A stretch of DNA of 64,000 nucleotides, from contig CAWFQK010000003.1 in the NCBI GenBank assembly GCA_963817955.1, forward strand, positions 1 through 64,000, written 5' to 3'. The notes beneath the pieces were generated by a model. That model was not told the DNA's origin and did not search any database. It saw only the letters and a program-made list of their open reading frames with translations. The position numbers and the translations under genes are program-made. Positions 60,152 to 64,000 of the stretch are shown here, piece by piece. Within the stretch, counting starts at the first letter, position 1. Each line of letters opens with the position of its first letter. The DNA is from an uncultured Gemmatimonadaceae bacterium. GTDB lineage: Bacteria > Gemmatimonadota > Gemmatimonadetes > Gemmatimonadales > Gemmatimonadaceae.

Positions 60152-61284
60152 GTAGAGCATCAGTTTTTAGATACGCGGCGCTCGTCCTCGCCGTCGCTGC
60201 CGGCGCGGCCTGTCACGGAACGCAGCAACCGCGCAAACAACCAGCGGTGCCGGTTCGCGTTGCGCGGGCAACGCGCGTCGATGCACCGATCAGCATTTCG
60301 GCAAGTGGCGTGGTCGATCCCATGCAGACGGTGTCGGTGACGGCCCAGGTGAGCGGGACGCTCCGCGACGTCCTGTTTCGCGAGGGCGATTTCGTGCGCG
60401 CGGGACAAGTGCTGTTCCAGATCGACCCTCGTACGCTGCAGGCAGCGGTCGACCAGTCGCGGGCGGCGCTCAATCGCGATCGTGCGCAGGCCACCGCTGC
60501 TGCACAGAACGACGTCCGATATCAGACGCTCGTCCATGAGGATTATGTAACGCGCGAGCAGGCCGACCAGATCCACGCCGCGGCGCTGGCGGCGGCGGCA
60601 ACGGTCGCGGCAGATGAAGCAGCGCTGCGGTCGGCGGAGGTCAGCCTGGCATACACCACGATTCGCGCGCCGATCGCCGGCCGTACCGGAAGCTTGCTGG
60701 TGCGTCGCGGCAACAACGTGGGAACGAACACTGGGCCTCTCGTCGTCATCAATCAGATCCAGCCGATCCTGGTTCGTTTTCCTGTTCTATCCCAGGATCT
60801 TCCGGTGTTGCAGGGTGCGCTCGCATCGCACCCGCTCACGGTGATCGCGACCAAGGCTGACAGCGGCAACGCTCTGGAAACGGGGCAGCTCTCCTTCCTC
60901 GACAATGCCGTGGACTCGCTCACCGGCACGGTGACGGGAAAGGCGCTCGTACAGAACAGGTCGAACATCTTCTGGCCTGGACAGCTCGTGTTCCTGACGA
61001 TCGACGTGGGCGTGCAGCGGAACGCGCTGGCGGTGCCGACCACGGCGGTGATCACCGGGCAACAGGGGGCATACGTGTACGTCGTAGACGCGCAGAAGCT
61101 GACGGTGAGGACACGGAACATCGTCACCGGCCGATCGACTGGTCCACTGACGATCGTCGCCAGCGGACTGCGCGATGGCGAGGAGGTGGTGACCGACGGC
61201 CAATCGCGGCTCAACCCGGGGTCGACGGTGTCGATCACCGGAGCGGTACGCGACACCATTGAAGGCGCGGCGTTGCAGCCATGA
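60148..61284 (+). CDS. RND periplasmic adaptor (MdtA-like)
   Basis: V.AQVSG.L..V.FREGD.V..GQVLFQIDP, TIRAPIAGRTG, DNAVD..TGT, GL.DGE.VVTDG. Confidence 0.92.
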   Translation: MSRASVFRYAALVLAVAAGAACHGTQQPRKQPAVPVRVARATRVDAPISISASGVVDPMQTVSVTAQVSGTLRDVLFREGDFVRAGQVLFQIDPRTLQAAVDQSRAALNRDRAQATAAAQNDVRYQTLVHEDYVTREQADQIHAAALAAAATVAADEAALRSAEVSLAYTTIRAPIAGRTGSLLVRRGNNVGTNTGPLVVINQIQPILVRFPVLSQDLPVLQGALASHPLTVIATKADSGNALETGQLSFLDNAVDSLTGTVTGKALVQNRSNIFWPGQLVFLTIDVGVQRNALAVPTTAVITGQQGAYVYVVDAQKLTVRTRNIVTGRSTGPLTIVASGLRDGEEVVTDGQSRLNPGSTVSITGAVRDTIEGAALQP

Positions 61285-64000
61285 AATTCTCCGAGCTATT
61301 CATTCGGCGTCCGGTGATGACGGCCCTCGTCATGATCGCGATCGCGGTGTTCGGTATCGTGGCGTATCGGTCGCTGCCGATCAGCGACCTGCCCACAGTG
61401 GATTACCCTACGGTGACCATCAGCGCCACGCTGCCCGGCGCGAGTCCGCAGACCATGGCGGCCGCGGTCGCCACGCCGCTCGAGAAGCAGTTGTCGACGA
61501 TCGCCGGTATCGACAACATGACGTCGAGCAGCTCGCTGGGCTCGACGCAGATCACGGTTCAGTTCTCGCTCGACCGCGACATCGACGCCGCGGCACAGGA
61601 CGTCGAGGCGGCGATCGCTAAGACACTCCGCCAATTGCCGCCGGACATTCAGCCGCCGTCTTACCAGAAGTCGAATCCCGCGGCATCGCCAATCCAGTTC
61701 TTTGCCCTGACATCACCCACGCTGTCGCTCCAGGAGCTCGACCGGGTGGGCGAGACGATGATCGCGCAGCGGCTGTCGACCGTGAGTGGAGTCGCGGCGG
61801 TGCAGGTGTTCGGGTCCACCAAGTATGCCGTGCGGGTGCAGCTCGACCCGGTCGCGATGGCCTATCGCAAGATCGACATCACCCAGGTGGCCGACGCGAT
61901 CAACGCACAGAACGCCAACCAGCCCACCGGTGTGCTCACCGGCCGCGCGACGTCGTACACGCTCCAGGCGACCGGGCAGCTCCAGAACGCAGCCGACTTT
62001 CGCGGGCTCACTGTGACGCAGCGCAACGGCGCCGCGGTCCAACTGGGCGCACTCGGCAAAGTCTTTGACGGCGTGCAGAACAACAAGGTGGCGAGCTGGT
62101 ACAACGGCACCCGTGCGTTAGTGCTCGCCGTGCAACGGCAGCCCGGCTCGAACACGGTTGCCGTAGCGCAGGGCGTGCGCGCCGCGCTGGATTCGATGCG
62201 CGTCGAGATCCCGGGCAACGTCAGCGTTCACACGCTGTTCGACCGCTCGGTGGGGATTCAGCAATCGGTGAACGACGTGAAGTACACGCTCCTGCTGACG
62301 CTGGTTCTCGTCGTGCTCGTCATCTTCCTGTTCCTGCGCAACATCTCGGCGACGATCATCCCGAGTCTGGCTCTGCCGATGTCGATCCTCGCCACGTTTG
62401 CCGTGATGTCGGTGCTCGGGTACAGCCTCGACAATCTGTCGCTGATGGCGCTCACGCTCGCCGTCGGTTTCGTGGTCGATGACGCGATCGTGATGCTCGA
62501 GAACATCGTGCGGCACATGGAAACGGGAAAGCCGCCGCTCGACGCTGCCGTCGACGGAGCGGCGGAGGTCGGCTTCACGATCGTCTCGATGACGATATCC
62601 CTCACCGCCGTGTTCATTCCGCTGCTCTTTCTTGGCGGCGTGGTGGGGCGGCTGTTTCGCGAATTTGCCGTGACCATTGCCGTAGCCATTCTCGTCTCCG
62701 GCGTGGTGTCGTTGACGCTCACGCCAATGCTAGCCGGCCGTTTTCTGCGGGCGCAACGCAACGCGCAACACGGCCGGTTCTACAACACCGTGGAGCGCGG
62801 CTACGACTGGATGCTCGCCCAGTACACGTGGACGCTCGCCTGGGCGATGCGCCACCGACGCGTGATGCTCGGTTTTTCGGCATTGATTCTCATTGGCACT
62901 TACGTGCTGTTCAAGCTCGTTCCCACGGGATTCATTCCCAACGAGGATACCGGCACGCTCAGCGCGACGACGGAGGCGGCGCAAGGTACGTCGTTCACCG
63001 AGATGGTGCGACGACAGCAGCAGGTGGCGGCGGTCGTCGGACGCGATTCGAACGTGGCGGCTTACATGTCGTCGGTGGGCGCCGGGACGTCAACGGCAAA
63101 CACGGGACGCATTCAAATTACGCTCAAGGAGCGGGGCCACCGTCTTCCGGCGGACCAGGTGGTGGCCGAGCTGCGACCGAAATTGGCGCGTATTCCAGGG
63201 ATGACCGTCTACATGACGCTCCCGCCCGCCATCCAGATTGGCGGCCGTCCGTCAAAGAGCCAATATCAGTTCACGATGCAGGCGGCTGGTATCGCGGTGC
63301 TGTATCCCGCGGCGGAGAAGTTGCTCGCGGAAGCGCGACAGTCCGATCTGCTACAGGATGTGACGAGTGACCTGCAACTCGACAACCCGCAGATCTCCGT
63401 GGACATCAATCGCGCACGCGCCGCGGCCTACGGGATCACGACGAGCGAGATCGAGAACACACTGTTCAGCGCGTACGGGTCGCGGCAGGTGTCGACCATC
63501 TACGCGCCGGACGACGAGTATTGGGTGGTGATGGAACTGCTGCCGCAGTACCAGCAGGATATTTCGGCGCTGAATTTTCTCTACGTGCGTTCGTCGAGCG
63601 GCGCGCTGGTTCCGCTGAATGCGGTGGCCACGCTGCAGAAGACGGCAGGTCCGGTGACCGTAAACCACTCCGGCCAGGTGCCGTCGGTGACGATGTCATT
63701 CAACCTGCGGCCCGGCGTTCCTCTGGGCAACGCGACGGCGGCCGTGGAGCAGATGGCGCTCCGGACCATGCCGGCCGGTGTCTCGACGGCATTCTCCGGC
63801 ACGGCGCAGGTGTTTCAGTCCACGATGTCGGGGCTGCTCGTGCTCGTGGTGCTGGCCGTGTTCGTGATCTACGTGGTGCTCGGCATCTTGTACGAGAGTT
63901 ACATCCATCCGATCACGATTCTGTCTGGACTCCCGTTCGCCGCCTTTGGCGCACTGCTCGCGCTGTTCATCACGCGGCAGGAGTTGAGCGTTTACGCATT
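61281..64000 (+). CDS. RND efflux permease (MdtB/MdtC-like), runs off the window end
   Basis: MKFSELFIRRPVMT, LPTVDYPT, LPGASP, ATPLEKQ, GFVVDDAIVMLENI, LYESYIHPITILSGLP. Confidence 0.93.
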   Translation, partial: MKFSELFIRRPVMTALVMIAIAVFGIVAYRSLPISDLPTVDYPTVTISATLPGASPQTMAAAVATPLEKQLSTIAGIDNMTSSSSLGSTQITVQFSLDRDIDAAAQDVEAAIAKTLRQLPPDIQPPSYQKSNPAASPIQFFALTSPTLSLQELDRVGETMIAQRLSTVSGVAAVQVFGSTKYAVRVQLDPVAMAYRKIDITQVADAINAQNANQPTGVLTGRATSYTLQATGQLQNAADFRGLTVTQRNGAAVQLGALGKVFDGVQNNKVASWYNGTRALVLAVQRQPGSNTVAVAQGVRAALDSMRVEIPGNVSVHTLFDRSVGIQQSVNDVKYTLLLTLVLVVLVIFLFLRNISATIIPSLALPMSILATFAVMSVLGYSLDNLSLMALTLAVGFVVDDAIVMLENIVRHMETGKPPLDAAVDGAAEVGFTIVSMTISLTAVFIPLLFLGGVVGRLFREFAVTIAVAILVSGVVSLTLTPMLAGRFLRAQRNAQHGRFYNTVERGYDWMLAQYTWTLAWAMRHRRVMLGFSALILIGTYVLFKLVPTGFIPNEDTGTLSATTEAAQGTSFTEMVRRQQQVAAVVGRDSNVAAYMSSVGAGTSTANTGRIQITLKERGHRLPADQVVAELRPKLARIPGMTVYMTLPPAIQIGGRPSKSQYQFTMQAAGIAVLYPAAEKLLAEARQSDLLQDVTSDLQLDNPQISVDINRARAAAYGITTSEIENTLFSAYGSRQVSTIYAPDDEYWVVMELLPQYQQDISALNFLYVRSSSGALVPLNAVATLQKTAGPVTVNHSGQVPSVTMSFNLRPGVPLGNATAAVEQMALRTMPAGVSTAFSGTAQVFQSTMSGLLVLVVLAVFVIYVVLGILYESYIHPITILSGLPFAAFGALLALFITRQELSVYA

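Overview
GC-rich bacterial window, probably Gemmatimonadota (inferred from gene style, not verified). (1) 1-43.7 kb is a large surface-polysaccharide locus: a legionaminic-acid-type (legB/legC/acetyltransferase/neuB/neuC) block, two dTDP-rhamnose rfbBACD sets, three capD/pglF-like dehydratases, three near-identical phosphoglycosyl transferases, two UpxY/NusG antiterminators, an EPS-associated MarR, GT2/GT4/GT9 enzymes, wzx/wzy/co-polymerases, two Wzi-like proteins and two OPX exporters. It was built by nested duplications with decay, and an IS701 element sits inside one promoter. (2) 43.7-47.8 kb is a small accessory island with two P-loop ATPase-wHTH genes, toxin-antitoxin remnants and palindromic operator arrays. 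(3) 47.8-56 kb is a candidate sphingolipid locus (Aur1/PAP2-like, ceramide synthase-like GNAT, serine palmitoyltransferase, GT4, LPG-synthase-TM flippase-like, SDR reductase) interrupted by a histidine kinase; this is the most interesting system in the window. (4) The rest holds a nucleotidyltransferase pair, a Ser/Thr kinase and a TolC-MFP-RND efflux operon running off the end. Many single-base frameshifts look like long-read consensus errors, so pseudogene calls are provisional. No CRISPR array, tRNA or rRNA was seen.
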